From: Candidatus Latescibacterota bacterium
Lineage (GTDB): Bacteria > Latescibacterota > UBA2968 > UBA8231
Reading direction: 5' to 3'
Assembly (NCBI GenBank): GCA_965208105.1
Contig: OZ242318.1
Span: 3,840,001-3,904,000 of the forward strand
Length of the DNA: 64,000 bases
This document shows positions 50,625-60,724 of the stretch, piece after piece. Every line of letters starts with the position of its first letter. Positions within the stretch are counted from its first letter, which is position 1. Position numbers and translations under genes: made by a program. A model generated the notes under the pieces. That model was not told the DNA's origin. It worked only from the letters and a program-made list of their open reading frames with translations, and made no database searches.

Positions 50625-50713
50625 GCCGGCTCCTTTTGTGAGGGGTCTGGCGACGCCCTCCCACGCCCGCTTTTCCAAGATGCTGGAATCAGATTGGGCG
50701 AGGAGAAATAACA

Positions 50714-51472
50714 ATGCCGTTCTATACCAAGGGCGACGTCACCATCCATTATGAGGAGGTTGGCTCCGGATTCCCCCTGCTGGTGACACCCGGTGGGGGG
50801 TTGAACTCCATAATGAGCGGATGGCCCAGGCAGGTATTCAACGCCATGGAGGTGTTCAAGGACGACTTCCGCTGCCTCACCATGGATCAGCGCAACGCCA
50901 TCGGCGGCCAGTCAACCGGACCGATCCAGGTCGAAGACCCATGGGGAGCCTTCGCCGACGACCAGCTCGGTTTGATGGACCACCTCGGGATCCGGGAGTT
51001 CTTTTTCATGGGCTACTGCATCGGCGGCCCCTTTGCGATGAAGCTCGTTGAACGCGCCCCCGAGCGCATTTTTGCCGCCGTGCTCTGCCAGCCCGTCGGG
51101 CACAGCAGCGCCACACCGGACTCTATGTACAACTCCGGACACGACAGCTGGGGCCCCGAGTTGTGTTCCCAGCGGCCCGACGTTACCATGGATATCGTCG
51201 AGCAGTACCTCCACAACCTGTACCGGGTGCAGCCCGACTTCATGTACTGCGTTTCCCGGGACTTCGCCCGTTCCTGCCAGACGCCGTTGCTGGTCATGCC
51301 CGACGACACCCCCTCCCACTCGCTGGAGGCCGCTGTGGACCTGGTGGAGTTGGCCCCAAGGGCCGAGGTAACGCCATATCCCTGGAAAGAGGCCGAGGAC
51401 ATAAAGGCCGCAACCATTAACCAGGTGCGCGACTTCCTCAAGTCCCACCAACCCGTCCAGGCCGCCGGCTGA
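50714..51472 (+). CDS. Alpha/beta hydrolase with Cys at the nucleophile elbow
   Basis: IHYEE-GSG-PLL--PGGG, MDQRNA-G-S, GYCIGG; RBS GAGGAG. Confidence 0.85.
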   Translation: MPFYTKGDVTIHYEEVGSGFPLLVTPGGGLNSIMSGWPRQVFNAMEVFKDDFRCLTMDQRNAIGGQSTGPIQVEDPWGAFADDQLGLMDHLGIREFFFMGYCIGGPFAMKLVERAPERIFAAVLCQPVGHSSATPDSMYNSGHDSWGPELCSQRPDVTMDIVEQYLHNLYRVQPDFMYCVSRDFARSCQTPLLVMPDDTPSHSLEAAVDLVELAPRAEVTPYPWKEAEDIKAATINQVRDFLKSHQPVQAAG

Positions 51473-51595
51473 ACCGCAACCCCGCCTGCGAGGGTAACGC
51501 CACAACATGGAACGTCATTTCCCGCCACATCTCCAGACGGCAACCCCTGACCGGGCGCCGTCCGACCACTATCCCGAAAGGTTGACGAAGCCGGC

Positions 51596-53149
51596 ATGAA
51601 CGCTCCACCCAATCACGTCGCGGTGATCGACCTGGGGTCCAACACCGCCCGCCTGGTTCTGATCGCCGCCATTCCCGGGTATTCCTACCGCCTGCAGGAC
51701 GAGATCCGCGAGGTCGTGCGGCTGGGCCAGGGCATGACCAAGAAGGGGCTCGACGAGGCAGCGGCGGCCCGGGCGATCTCCACCCTGAGGCTGTTCAAGC
51801 GCTTCTGCGAGAGCACCGGGGCCGAGGTCGTGCTGTCGACGGCGACCAGCGCCGTGCGCGAGGCCGCCAACGGGCGCGCCTTCGTGCGCCGGGTGCGCGA
51901 CGAGGTCGGTCTCGATCTACGGGTCCTCGACGGAGAGCGCGAAGCCTACTACAGCACCGTCGGCGCCCTCAACGACGTCACCCTGCGCGACGGCCTGGTC
52001 CTCGACATAGGGGGCGGCAGCGCACAGGTCAGCGAGGTGCGGGACGGGCGCTACGTTCGCGGGGAAGCTCGCACCCTCGGGGCCCTCGCTCTGACCGAGC
52101 GCTTCGTGCGCTCCGACCCGATGGCGCCGAAAGAGCGTCGGGCCCTCCAGGCGGAGATCGAGTCGCAGCTGGATTCTATAGCGTGGCTCGGCAAGCCAGA
52201 GGCCCTGGTGGGACTGGGCGGGACCATCCGCAACCTCGCCAAGATCGAAGCGGCGAGGCAGCGCTATCCTCTGAACACCCTGCACGGCTTTCGCCTCACC
52301 CGGGACTCGGTCGAGAAGTCCATCGACCTCTTCTGCCGCTGCGACCTCAAGGAGCGGCAGGCCCTGACCGACATCAGCCCGGACCGGGCCGACATCATCC
52401 ACGCCGGGGCCCTGGTGCTGGCCGCGTTTCTCGACCGCCTGGGCCTCGACGTCCTGACGATCTCGGCATGCGGCCTACGGGAGGGGCTCTTCTTCGAGCA
52501 CTTCTGGCAGCACCTGAGCTTCCCCGTCATCCCCGACGTCCGCCGCTTCAGCGTCCTCAACATCGCCCGCAACTACGACTACCAGAAGCAGCACGCCAAC
52601 CACGTCCGCTACCTCGCCGGACGCCTTTTCGACCAACTGGCCCCGCTGCACGGGTACGGCGCCGGGGAGCGGGAGATGCTCGACGCGGCGGCCCTGCTGC
52701 ACGACCTCGGCACCGTCATCGCCTACCAGGGCCACCACAAGCACACGCAGACGCTGATCCACTACAACGGGCTGGCCGGCTTTTCACCGCGGGAGATCGC
52801 CCTGATCGGACTGCTGGCGCGCTATCACCGCAAGGGCGCCCCCGACATCTCTAGCTACGAGGCCCTGCTCGGTGCCGACGATCTCGCCATCCTCACCCGG
52901 CTCGCCGCCATTCTCCGGCTGGCGGAAAACCTCGAGCGCGGGCGCAACGGCGTCGTCGACGACGTCATCGTCAACTGGGGGGAGGACTACCTGAGGCTGA
53001 CCTTGATCGCCGACGAGTATCCGGCGGTGGAGCTGTGGGAGACCGAGCGCAACGCCCTGCCGCTGGTGGAGAAGGCCTTCGAGCGCAGGGCCCTGGTGGA
53101 CAGCATCGCGGCTCCGGGGGAGTGGCCGCAGCACGGCTCCCCGCGGTGA
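51596..53149 (+). CDS. ppx: Ppx/GppA exopolyphosphatase with HD domain
   Basis: AVIDLGSN, ATSAVREAANG, DIGGGS, GLGGT, RADII, GLREG, LHDLG. Confidence 0.92.
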   Translation: MNAPPNHVAVIDLGSNTARLVLIAAIPGYSYRLQDEIREVVRLGQGMTKKGLDEAAAARAISTLRLFKRFCESTGAEVVLSTATSAVREAANGRAFVRRVRDEVGLDLRVLDGEREAYYSTVGALNDVTLRDGLVLDIGGGSAQVSEVRDGRYVRGEARTLGALALTERFVRSDPMAPKERRALQAEIESQLDSIAWLGKPEALVGLGGTIRNLAKIEAARQRYPLNTLHGFRLTRDSVEKSIDLFCRCDLKERQALTDISPDRADIIHAGALVLAAFLDRLGLDVLTISACGLREGLFFEHFWQHLSFPVIPDVRRFSVLNIARNYDYQKQHANHVRYLAGRLFDQLAPLHGYGAGEREMLDAAALLHDLGTVIAYQGHHKHTQTLIHYNGLAGFSPREIALIGLLARYHRKGAPDISSYEALLGADDLAILTRLAAILRLAENLERGRNGVVDDVIVNWGEDYLRLTLIADEYPAVELWETERNALPLVEKAFERRALVDSIAAPGEWPQHGSPR

Positions 53150-53203
53150 GGTTTTCCCAAATCAACGCGCAGTTGCAGTCTTCGATCACGACGAGGAGAC
53201 GCA

Positions 53204-54043
53204 ATGAACCCGGAACTCATTGAACGTTGGCAGACAGAATTTGAGACAGCGGATGCAGAGACTGTTCGACTGATGCTCGCTGAAGCGCCGGAACTCGTAG
53301 AGGTAAGAGTGAATCACACCTTGTCGAAGGGGAAAATCCGGCAGTGGGGACCGCTTTACTGTGCCAGTGTCCACCACAAAAGTCTGGACAAAGTCAAGGC
53401 CCTTGTAGAGGCAGGTGCGGACCTGAACAACGGGGACCTCGGCACGCATTGGCCTAGCGACGATTATGAAATCAACCGATATCTCCTGAGTAAAGGAACG
53501 GACATCAATCAACCATCCTACCTTGGGTTTCATGGCGCTGGCGTCACCGGTTTCGATTCTTTTCTACTCATGGCGGAAAACGGACTGGATCCTGATTTCG
53601 CATGGCCCTACAACGGCGAAACCTTACTCCATGTTCAGTCCCGCCACGATGACGACACCCATCTGGCGCAAGCCTACATCCTGATCAAGGCGGGAGCAAA
53701 TGTCAACGCACAGGCACTGAGCGGACTTGATGACGAACCCATCATGGACAACGAGCATTTCGTGGAGTACGGCAGGGAGACACCGCTGCATTTCGCCGCC
53801 AGGCTGGGCAACCAGCGGATGGTGCGGATGTTGCTCGACCACGGTGCCAACCCGTCGCTGAAAACGGTCAGCCGAAGGAGTGAGCCGGAGCAGTTCACCG
53901 AATGGACGTCTGAAGTTACATCACTAGTCTGGCCACTGGGCAAATTCAAGAGGGTGCTGTTTCAGTCCTATGAAGGGGAGACGCCTCTCGACATGGCTTT
54001 GCGTGAAGGCAATGCGGAAATCGCCGATATACTCAAGGGGTAA
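53204..54043 (+). CDS. Ankyrin-repeat protein
   Basis: GETLLH, AGANVN, ETPLHFAARLG, LLDHGANP, GETPLD-A. Confidence 0.88.
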   Translation: MNPELIERWQTEFETADAETVRLMLAEAPELVEVRVNHTLSKGKIRQWGPLYCASVHHKSLDKVKALVEAGADLNNGDLGTHWPSDDYEINRYLLSKGTDINQPSYLGFHGAGVTGFDSFLLMAENGLDPDFAWPYNGETLLHVQSRHDDDTHLAQAYILIKAGANVNAQALSGLDDEPIMDNEHFVEYGRETPLHFAARLGNQRMVRMLLDHGANPSLKTVSRRSEPEQFTEWTSEVTSLVWPLGKFKRVLFQSYEGETPLDMALREGNAEIADILKG

Positions 54044-54069
54044 TTGGAAAAAGTCCGTAGTTCTGCACC

Positions 54070-54093
54070 TTGAACCTGGAGGATTACCACTGA
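54070..54093 (+). pseudogene. C-terminal scar of a HigB-family toxin
   Basis: LNLEDYH* with its TGA overlapping the higA ATG; in-frame TAG four codons upstream. Confidence 0.65.
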
Positions 54094-54404
54094 TGGATAC
54101 CGATGGTATCAACGTCAACATGACCCCTTCGCATCCGGGCGACTTCATCCGTGCGGAGGTCATCGACGAGTTGGGACTGAACGTAACGAGGGCGGCCCGG
54201 ATTCTCGGAGTCCGCCGGGCGACACTCTCGGCCCTGCTGAACGGCAACGCGGCCCTGTCGGCAGAGATGGCTTTACGCATCGAGAAGGCCTTCGAGGTGA
54301 GCATGGACCTGCTGCTGAGGATGCAGGCTTGGTACGACGCCTCGCAGATGCGTGCTCGGGCAGACGAGATTGACGTCCAGCGCTACGAGCCCCAGTCGGT
54401 GTGA
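54093..54404 (+). CDS. higA: HigA family antitoxin (HTH)
   Basis: PSHPG-FIR, A--LGV-R-TLS-LLNG, S-EMALRIEKAF, LRMQA-YD. Confidence 0.92.
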   Translation: MDTDGINVNMTPSHPGDFIRAEVIDELGLNVTRAARILGVRRATLSALLNGNAALSAEMALRIEKAFEVSMDLLLRMQAWYDASQMRARADEIDVQRYEPQSV

Positions 54405-54528
54405 AGGGGCGCGCTCTCAGCAGCATGGAGGCGATTCGTATGTGTCGCCGAGAAGCCGCGCGTTCTTCATTTGCCGTTGGCTGGAAAAATACAGGACTCA
54501 TCGATGATGAGCTAGAAATTCCATCGAT

Positions 54529-55332
54529 TCAGTAATAGCATGGAAGGTTCCGGCCCTGAATCGGGTCGACGTATTTTGCCAGGTCGCGCAGGGGAATGAC
54601 AGTGCAGCCTTTGCCGTACAGATAGTCCATGCAGGTTTCAAATGTTTCTGGTTCCGTGTTGACCCAGGGGTGGTCGAGTGCAGGTACCCCGTGGAAGGTC
54701 AAGACGGCTATCTTTCCATCCCTCGCCTGTTCAATCGCCCACAGCAGGTCATCAATTTCCCAGTGTGGTCCCGCGGCACCTGTTGTCGGGATGAGCAGCG
54801 GATGGTGTCTCGCCGGATCGTACGCGGGTCCTCGTCCTCCCTCTGAGTCATAAGGAAACTCCGGCGCGACGCCGCGCCGCGCAAAGAGCAACCCTTTCCC
54901 GGTTAGAACTTTCACAGCTTCAGCTCCGTTGGAGTAACCTGGATAACAGAATGTCTGGGGTTCAGGGATGCCGTGCTCCTTGCAACGCAAATCGATGTGC
55001 TGCAGGTCGGCGAGAATTTCTTCGCTCGTTTGGTTGTTCACATTCTTGTGATGGCGTGTATGGTTGCCGATTTCGAAACCGGCATCGTGCAGCTCCCTGA
55101 CCTCTTCCCATGTCAGGTAGTGCGCCTTGTTTTTGAGAAAGTTGAGACCCTCGGTGATGAAAAAGGTTGCGCCGAAACCGTAACGCTTGAGCAACGGTGC
55201 AACATAGGTGATATCTGACTTGTTGCCGTCATCGAAGGTCAGGACGACCAATCGGTCGGGGATGGGTTGCAGGTCCTGAACTTGGGAGGCGGAGGCAGGT
55301 TTGCAGCTATCGTAGTCACGCGATTCGTTCAT
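54529..55332 (-). CDS. Polysaccharide deacetylase (NodB/CE4) family protein
   Basis: LTFDDG, ATFFI, EIGNHTRHH, FCYPG, LTFHG. Confidence 0.88.
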   Translation of the reverse strand: MNESRDYDSCKPASASQVQDLQPIPDRLVVLTFDDGNKSDITYVAPLLKRYGFGATFFITEGLNFLKNKAHYLTWEEVRELHDAGFEIGNHTRHHKNVNNQTSEEILADLQHIDLRCKEHGIPEPQTFCYPGYSNGAEAVKVLTGKGLLFARRGVAPEFPYDSEGGRGPAYDPARHHPLLIPTTGAAGPHWEIDDLLWAIEQARDGKIAVLTFHGVPALDHPWVNTEPETFETCMDYLYGKGCTVIPLRDLAKYVDPIQGRNLPCYY

Positions 55333-57088
55333 CTGCTTCACATCCTGGCGGGCGAGGGTGGCGGCAGCCCTTCGCTCCTTTCAACACCAGGAAGTTCCTG
55401 GCCTCGTCCACGGCAGCCTTCCCGGCGGAGTCTGCCTTCATGGGGCCGCCGCGCCCGCCGTTGGCATCCTTGTCCCAGATTCTGTCGTCATACCCATCGG
55501 GAACATACTGGCAGATGTAGGCTTTGCTCACACAATCGGTGTTGTTGGCCCCAGCCATGTGCGGGGTCAGGCTCCAGAAGATGGCCACCGAGCCCGCCTT
55601 GACCGGCACACAGACGGCGTCCTCGCATCGAAGGCCGCCGATCGTCCAGCCACCCTTGCTCTCATCGAACTCGTGGCGCAGCGGCCCTCGCCGGAAGAGC
55701 CCCGGCACGAACCAGGGGCAGCCGTTTTTCCCGGTGGCATCGTTGAGCGCGACCCAGCAGGTCAGGTACTGCAGGGGTTCGATGAAGGTGAGGCCGATGT
55801 CCTGATGGTAGGGGAAGACCCGGCCGGGGCAGGGCTTCTTGTAGATCGCATGCTCGCGGTAGAGCCGCGCATCGTCGCAGTTGAGCACGTCGTGGCAAAC
55901 CTTCTGGAAGAACGGACCGGCGCAGAACGAGCGCGCAAGCCCCGACTGCCGGGCAAGCCCGCTCGTGAAGGTGATCCGGTTGGCACTCGCAAGCGCGCCC
56001 GACCACTGCTGCTCCCTGGCTTCGAGGCTCCGTAAACTCTTGCGCTCTAGACGATCGAACTCGTCCCGCAGCGGCCCTATCTCGGCAGCGCTGAAGGCAT
56101 CCTCGACCACGGTGAACCCCCGCAGGTCCATATCCTCCGCCTGTTCCCTGCTGAGAATCTGCAGAGGAGCATCCCTGCGCGTCGGCAGGAGCGACGGGTG
56201 CTTGCTCGAGCTGCTGAACTCCATGGCCGGATGCCGCGGCAGCCGCGCGTTGTGGCGGGCAGCCGGCGTCGGCTCGTCGCCGGTGGACCAGCGCGCGGTC
56301 CCGTCGAAGCTCAGGCGTTCCCACAACACGTGCGGCCATTCCCTGAAGCCGCTGGAGATGTAGTGGCATGCGTAGACCTGGCGAAAGACGGCCGGGTCGC
56401 GCCCCATCAACCCCCGGTGCCACAAATGGCCGTCGAAGATCACGGCTGTCCCCCTCTTTGCCACGATGCGCACCTCCTCCGCCCCTGCCGCTTCGTTCTC
56501 CTCGAAGACCTCCTTCCTCAGCCTGGCATCCAGCTCCGGGTCGCCCGAGTGGGTGCGATAGCCGGCCCACTTTCCCGGCCGGAGGTCGTCGTGGTGCAGC
56601 TTGCGGCGGAGGTGGCCGCCTGTCTGCAGCGCGAGCGTGCCGATCTCTTCGTCCACGTCCACGAGCGGAATCCACACTCCGATGCAGCCCGGAAGTCGGG
56701 TCCCGTCGCTATGCCAGCTCTGCGACCACTGGCTGCCCTTCCACCAGTAGTGGCTCTTGATGCCCTCGGGCTCTTCCCCGCTCAGGACATCCTTGAGCGG
56801 TGCGCGCAGCTTCGGGTGCAGCAGGAAAGCGCGGCAGACAGGGTCATGGATGTGGCACTGGTCCGTGTCGATGAGGTGGCCGGCGCCTGCCGCCGGAGGT
56901 ACGATTCCCTCGACCGTGATTTCGCCCGCGTGCACGGCGTCCATGTGCCGGATGAGCCCGTCGCACTCGTCGGCGGTGAAGAGTGAAGGCACCACGACCC
57001 AGCCGTCGCGGGCATACTTCCCCCTCTGCTCGGCGGTGAGCCTCGCCACCTCCGCGTGGCCGGGCTGGGTGTGTTCGGAGCCGGACAT
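55316..57088 (-). CDS. Tandem two-domain PhyH family dioxygenase
   Basis: Two HxD...H sets (WHSD...LWHRG; YHQD...TPH-AGAN); probable start ATG 57088. Confidence 0.82.
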   Translation of the reverse strand: MSGSEHTQPGHAEVARLTAEQRGKYARDGWVVVPSLFTADECDGLIRHMDAVHAGEITVEGIVPPAAGAGHLIDTDQCHIHDPVCRAFLLHPKLRAPLKDVLSGEEPEGIKSHYWWKGSQWSQSWHSDGTRLPGCIGVWIPLVDVDEEIGTLALQTGGHLRRKLHHDDLRPGKWAGYRTHSGDPELDARLRKEVFEENEAAGAEEVRIVAKRGTAVIFDGHLWHRGLMGRDPAVFRQVYACHYISSGFREWPHVLWERLSFDGTARWSTGDEPTPAARHNARLPRHPAMEFSSSSKHPSLLPTRRDAPLQILSREQAEDMDLRGFTVVEDAFSAAEIGPLRDEFDRLERKSLRSLEAREQQWSGALASANRITFTSGLARQSGLARSFCAGPFFQKVCHDVLNCDDARLYREHAIYKKPCPGRVFPYHQDIGLTFIEPLQYLTCWVALNDATGKNGCPWFVPGLFRRGPLRHEFDESKGGWTIGGLRCEDAVCVPVKAGSVAIFWSLTPHMAGANNTDCVSKAYICQYVPDGYDDRIWDKDANGGRGGPMKADSAGKAAVDEARNFLVLKGAKGCRHPRPPGCEADERIA

Positions 57089-57509
57089 TTCAGTGGGAAT
57101 CAGCCAATCCTGGTCAATTGCAAAAACGATTCGTGGCGGTTGTAAACTGCATTTTCGCGGGCGTCCCGATGTATAAAATACCAAGGCATCGATAACGATA
57201 CCATGCAGTTCGATGACAGCGAAGGCAAGGGACCAGCAGGGTCTCTGATGAATCGTTTGTCCACGCACCGAAAAGTCGTCAGGTGATTGGCGCTAGCCGA
57301 AGCGCTCGAGCCCGGCCCCGGTCAGGGCCTTGCCCAACTCGCTGACATTTCAGATGATACCTGAGAGGTAAAAGAAGAAAGAGGCAGACCTGTGCCAGGA
57401 ATCGAACCCGCATCCCGACCGACCCGGCTGAACTGTGCCAGGGTCTGACTTTGGACCCGGGGAAACGCACCGCATGGGCCGACCTCAAGGCGGTAGGGGA
57501 GCGGCTGCC

Positions 57510-58523
57510 ATGCAAGTAAATTCAGTAACCATGCGCCTACTCATGCTGATTCTCGCCACGGCCCAGATAGCTGCGGCCGACGCACCCGACTGGCGGCGAC
57601 CCGTGGCTACCTATTCCATCGTCGCCCGCGACTCCATCAGCGGACAGCTCGGGGTTGCGGTCCAGTCTCACTGGTTTTCGGTGGGTCCCATCGTTCCGTG
57701 GGCCCGCCCCGGCGTCGGCGCCGTAGCTACCCAGTCCCTCGTCGACCCGGCCTATGGTCCCCTCGGCCTGGAATTGATGGCCATGGGCAAGACGGCTGAG
57801 GAGACGCTCACCGCCCTGCTCGCGGGGGATGCCGACGCCGCGGTGCGGCAGGTTGCCATGGTCGACGCCGAGGGAAACGTGGCTGTCCACACGGGCAAGC
57901 GCGCCATTGCCGCCGCCGGCCACCAGGCCGGTGCCCAGTACAGCGTTCAGGCGAACCTGATGGACCGGGACAGCGTTTGGCCGGCCATGGCGAACGCCTA
58001 CGAAAATACCGAGGGGGACCTGGCCGAGCGGCTGCTCGCGGCCCTGGAAGCCGCCGAGGCCGAGGGAGGCGACCTGCGCGGCCGGCAGTCGGCGGCTATC
58101 CTCGTGGTCTCCGCCGAGGATACGGGCCGGCCGTGGGTGGACCGCGTGTTCGACCTGCGCGTGGAAGACCATCCCGAGCCAGTGGCAGAGCTGCGCCGCC
58201 TGGTGCGTCTGGCGCGCGCCTACCACAAGCTCAACGAGGGCGACGAACTGGTGACCGCGGGGGACATGGAGGCGGCCATGGATGCCTACCGCGCCGCGAC
58301 CGAACTGGTGCCCGACGAGGCAACGGGCGGCGAGGCTCCGTTCTGGGTGGGTGTGACCCTGATTTCCGAGGGACGCGAGGAGGAGGCTGTGCCCTACCTG
58401 CAACGGGCGCAGGCGCAGAACGACCGCTGGGTGGACCTGCTGCGGCGTTTGCCGGCCTCGGGTCTGCTGCCGGCCGACGACGAGCTCCTGGACCGCCTTG
58501 CTGCTGCGATGGTGGGGGAGTGA
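57510..58523 (+). CDS. DUF1028 (Ntn-hydrolase-like) exported protein with C-terminal TPR-like helices
   Basis: TYSIVARD, GVAVQSHWFSVG, GAVATQS, GGD-RG-QSAA, DLRVEDH-EP--EL-RL. Confidence 0.88.
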   Translation: MQVNSVTMRLLMLILATAQIAAADAPDWRRPVATYSIVARDSISGQLGVAVQSHWFSVGPIVPWARPGVGAVATQSLVDPAYGPLGLELMAMGKTAEETLTALLAGDADAAVRQVAMVDAEGNVAVHTGKRAIAAAGHQAGAQYSVQANLMDRDSVWPAMANAYENTEGDLAERLLAALEAAEAEGGDLRGRQSAAILVVSAEDTGRPWVDRVFDLRVEDHPEPVAELRRLVRLARAYHKLNEGDELVTAGDMEAAMDAYRAATELVPDEATGGEAPFWVGVTLISEGREEEAVPYLQRAQAQNDRWVDLLRRLPASGLLPADDELLDRLAAAMVGE

Positions 58524-58559
58524 CGATTCTGGATAGCAAAATGGCGGATGCAGAGCAGT

Positions 58560-59337
58560 ACGAAAACTGGTAGTCGTGTCGGAGGCTGGACGCCGCCTAA
58601 CGAGGAAATCAGTGTGCAGTACGTCTACGACTACTTCGCCGGAGGCCATACGGTGAGTCTGCCCCGGGAGGGGTACGAGGAGATCCTGGTCATCCCCAAA
58701 TGCGAGCCTGCTCACGTGGAGCCCGCCATCTCGCAGGCCGTCGAGCAGGGACTCGTGTGGCTGATGAGCGGTCCCGCCTCGATTCTCGACGAGCCGGTGC
58801 CGGCGGGAATCCTCACGGCCGCGGCCTGAGCCGATCGAGGTTGCCGAGTTGATGGCCGAGTCGGTCCCCGACGCCTGGAGGGACGGCAAGGCCAATGCTC
58901 TCGCCCTTGCAACTGCCCTCTCCACCAAACTGGGCGCCAATCTGCCCTGGACCACGGTGCGGTCAGCAATCGCGTCGGCCATCGGGGCGCGCTGGATCGA
59001 GCTGACCACGGACAGCGCGAATGGCCGTGCGACTTGGCCGGCGCCCAGCACGTGATTCTCCAGGTCCCTGTCGACGGGGCTCGCGAAAGGGAGAGACCCC
59101 TCTACGGATCGGGAGGCGGGTCCCGGACTTCGCCACGTGCCGAGGCGGTTTCTGGAGGCCGACCAGATCCAGGACCTTGCTGGTCAGATGCCGGAGCTGC
59201 TAAAGGCCGCCGTTGGAAATGAGCTCAGGTTTACGGTCGGCATCGAGGTGGGAGGAGCGACCGCCCCAAGCCCGAAGGCGCTGGAGAAGATCAAGGATTT
59301 GCTTGCCGAGGTCTCGGAGGACTTGCGGCTTCAGTAA
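58560..59337 (+). pseudogene. Fragmented C-terminal part of a DUF499-like ATPase gene
   Basis: Consecutive fragments in different frames; end QIQDLA-QMPELLKAAVG...LLAEVSEDLRLQ* resembles DUF499 protein termini as I recall them. Confidence 0.55.
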
Positions 59338-59501
59338 GGAGTTAGCCGAACCTGCGCCATTTTTCGACCCGGAATCCCTTGTCCAGAAACGGGAGAACCC
59401 CGTAATTGTTCCCAATAAAGCACCTCCGCAAGCTGAGGCGAGCCTATTTGTCGCTTTGCCGAAGACTACGGAAAAAAATTTCGGTATTAGTAATTTTAGG
59501 C

Positions 59502-59530
59502 TTGATCTATCTCCAATGTTTTGCTATATT
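59502..59530 (+). promoter_or_regulatory. Putative transposase promoter overlapping the left IR
   Basis: TTGATC-17 nt-TATATT, then RBS AAAGGAG. Confidence 0.6.
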
Positions 59531-59554
59531 TATAAAAGCAAAGGAGAATAAGCC

Positions 59555-60424
59555 ATGAACCTCATAACCGTCTTCCAACAGTTCCCCGACCAAATATCCT
59601 GTATTACCTACCTTGAAACCATACGCTGGCCGAAGCAAGCGAGCTGCCCTTTCTGCCAGAGCGAAAGAGTGGCAAGAAAGGCAGAGAACGAGCTGGTAGG
59701 GCGCTGGAACTGCCATGAATGCACCAGCAGCTTCAATGTACTTTCAGGGACCATCTTTCAAGGCACACACATCGAGCTGCAAAAGTGGTTCCTAGCCATC
59801 GCGTTGATGGCCGATGCGAAGAAGTCTTTGTCGTCTTGTCAGCTCGCCAGGGATCTCGAACTGAACCAGAAGACGGCCTGGCGGATGCAGCAATGTATCC
59901 GATCTGCCATGTCTACGGAAGAGGGCGAGTTGCTGAAGGGCATTATCGAGATGGACGAAACCTATGTTGGTGGGAAGCCCAGATATAAAGGCAAGAACAA
60001 CAAGGCAGGCCGCGGGACCCGCAAAGCGTCAGTGATAGGAGCCGTGGAGCGCAAGGGAAGAGTGAGGGCGAAAGTAACCGGCGACACCAAGGGCCGAACT
60101 TTACTCAACTTCATCCAGGAGAAAGTGGAGATCGCCAAGAGCGCCTTAGTTACTGACGAGTATCCTGCCTATAGGATGGCTGGAAGGATGATGCCGCATA
60201 CGACCATAGATCATCGCCAGGAATACGTGGACGAGCTGGACAGGAGAATCCACACCAACACCATCGAAGGCTTTTGGAGCCTCATCAAGCGGGCCTGGTA
60301 TGGCACTCATCACCATTACTCAAAGCAATACATGCCTCTGTTTATCGGAGAAGCCTGCTGGAAATACAACCACCGAAATATCGACAACAGCTTTCAGGCT
60401 TTCCTGCATAACTGCTTCAAATAA
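59555..60424 (+). CDS. IS1595 family transposase
   Basis: Zn ribbon CPFC...CHEC, GTIF, EMDETYVGG, VTDEY, HTNTIEGFWS-IKR. Confidence 0.95.
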   Translation: MNLITVFQQFPDQISCITYLETIRWPKQASCPFCQSERVARKAENELVGRWNCHECTSSFNVLSGTIFQGTHIELQKWFLAIALMADAKKSLSSCQLARDLELNQKTAWRMQQCIRSAMSTEEGELLKGIIEMDETYVGGKPRYKGKNNKAGRGTRKASVIGAVERKGRVRAKVTGDTKGRTLLNFIQEKVEIAKSALVTDEYPAYRMAGRMMPHTTIDHRQEYVDELDRRIHTNTIEGFWSLIKRAWYGTHHHYSKQYMPLFIGEACWKYNHRNIDNSFQAFLHNCFK

Positions 60425-60453
60425 AATCGCCCAGGACCGAAGCCCTGGGCGAA
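60419..60453 (-). terminator. Hairpin terminator between convergent genes
   Basis: TCGCCCAGG/CCTGGGCGA stem, T-rich tail on the minus strand. Confidence 0.6.
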
Positions 60454-60474
60454 TGTGTTGGGTTATCCTAACCC

Positions 60475-60711
60475 CTAGTGAAAACCAAATACGCTCATAT
60501 CAATTCCTAGGTGGGAGCAAACTGACCTGATTTGTCCTGGCCCCATTACTTCATCATCTTCCATGACCACAGGATAGGTCAAGCTGTAACCCCCATCATA
60601 TCTACTTAAATAGGGGATATGAGAATCAAGATGGTAAATACATCCTTGGTTGACAGTCAATTCAGAGCAAAATTCTTTGAAGGTTGGCAGAGGAACAAAA
60701 GGACAGGCCAT
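60475..60711 (-). CDS. Small protein, possible divergent HicA-like toxin
   Basis: 78 aa; DSH resembles GSH; C-terminal PGQIRSVCSHLGI resembles HicA PGTLRSILKQAGI. Confidence 0.45.
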   Translation of the reverse strand: MACPFVPLPTFKEFCSELTVNQGCIYHLDSHIPYLSRYDGGYSLTYPVVMEDDEVMGPGQIRSVCSHLGIDMSVFGFH

Positions 60712-60724
60712 TTTTTCCCTTTAG

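Noticed and set aside
57089-57268. N-terminal extensions given by the ORF track (also at 2823, 20126, 34639, 43879, 47337, 53970)
   Set aside because: Downstream starts fit RBS, signal peptide or domain boundaries better and avoid overlaps
57385-57420. Minus-strand GCGGGTTCGATTCCTG resembling a tRNA/tmRNA T-arm
   Set aside because: Imperfect stem, no acceptor stem or CCA; too short to call
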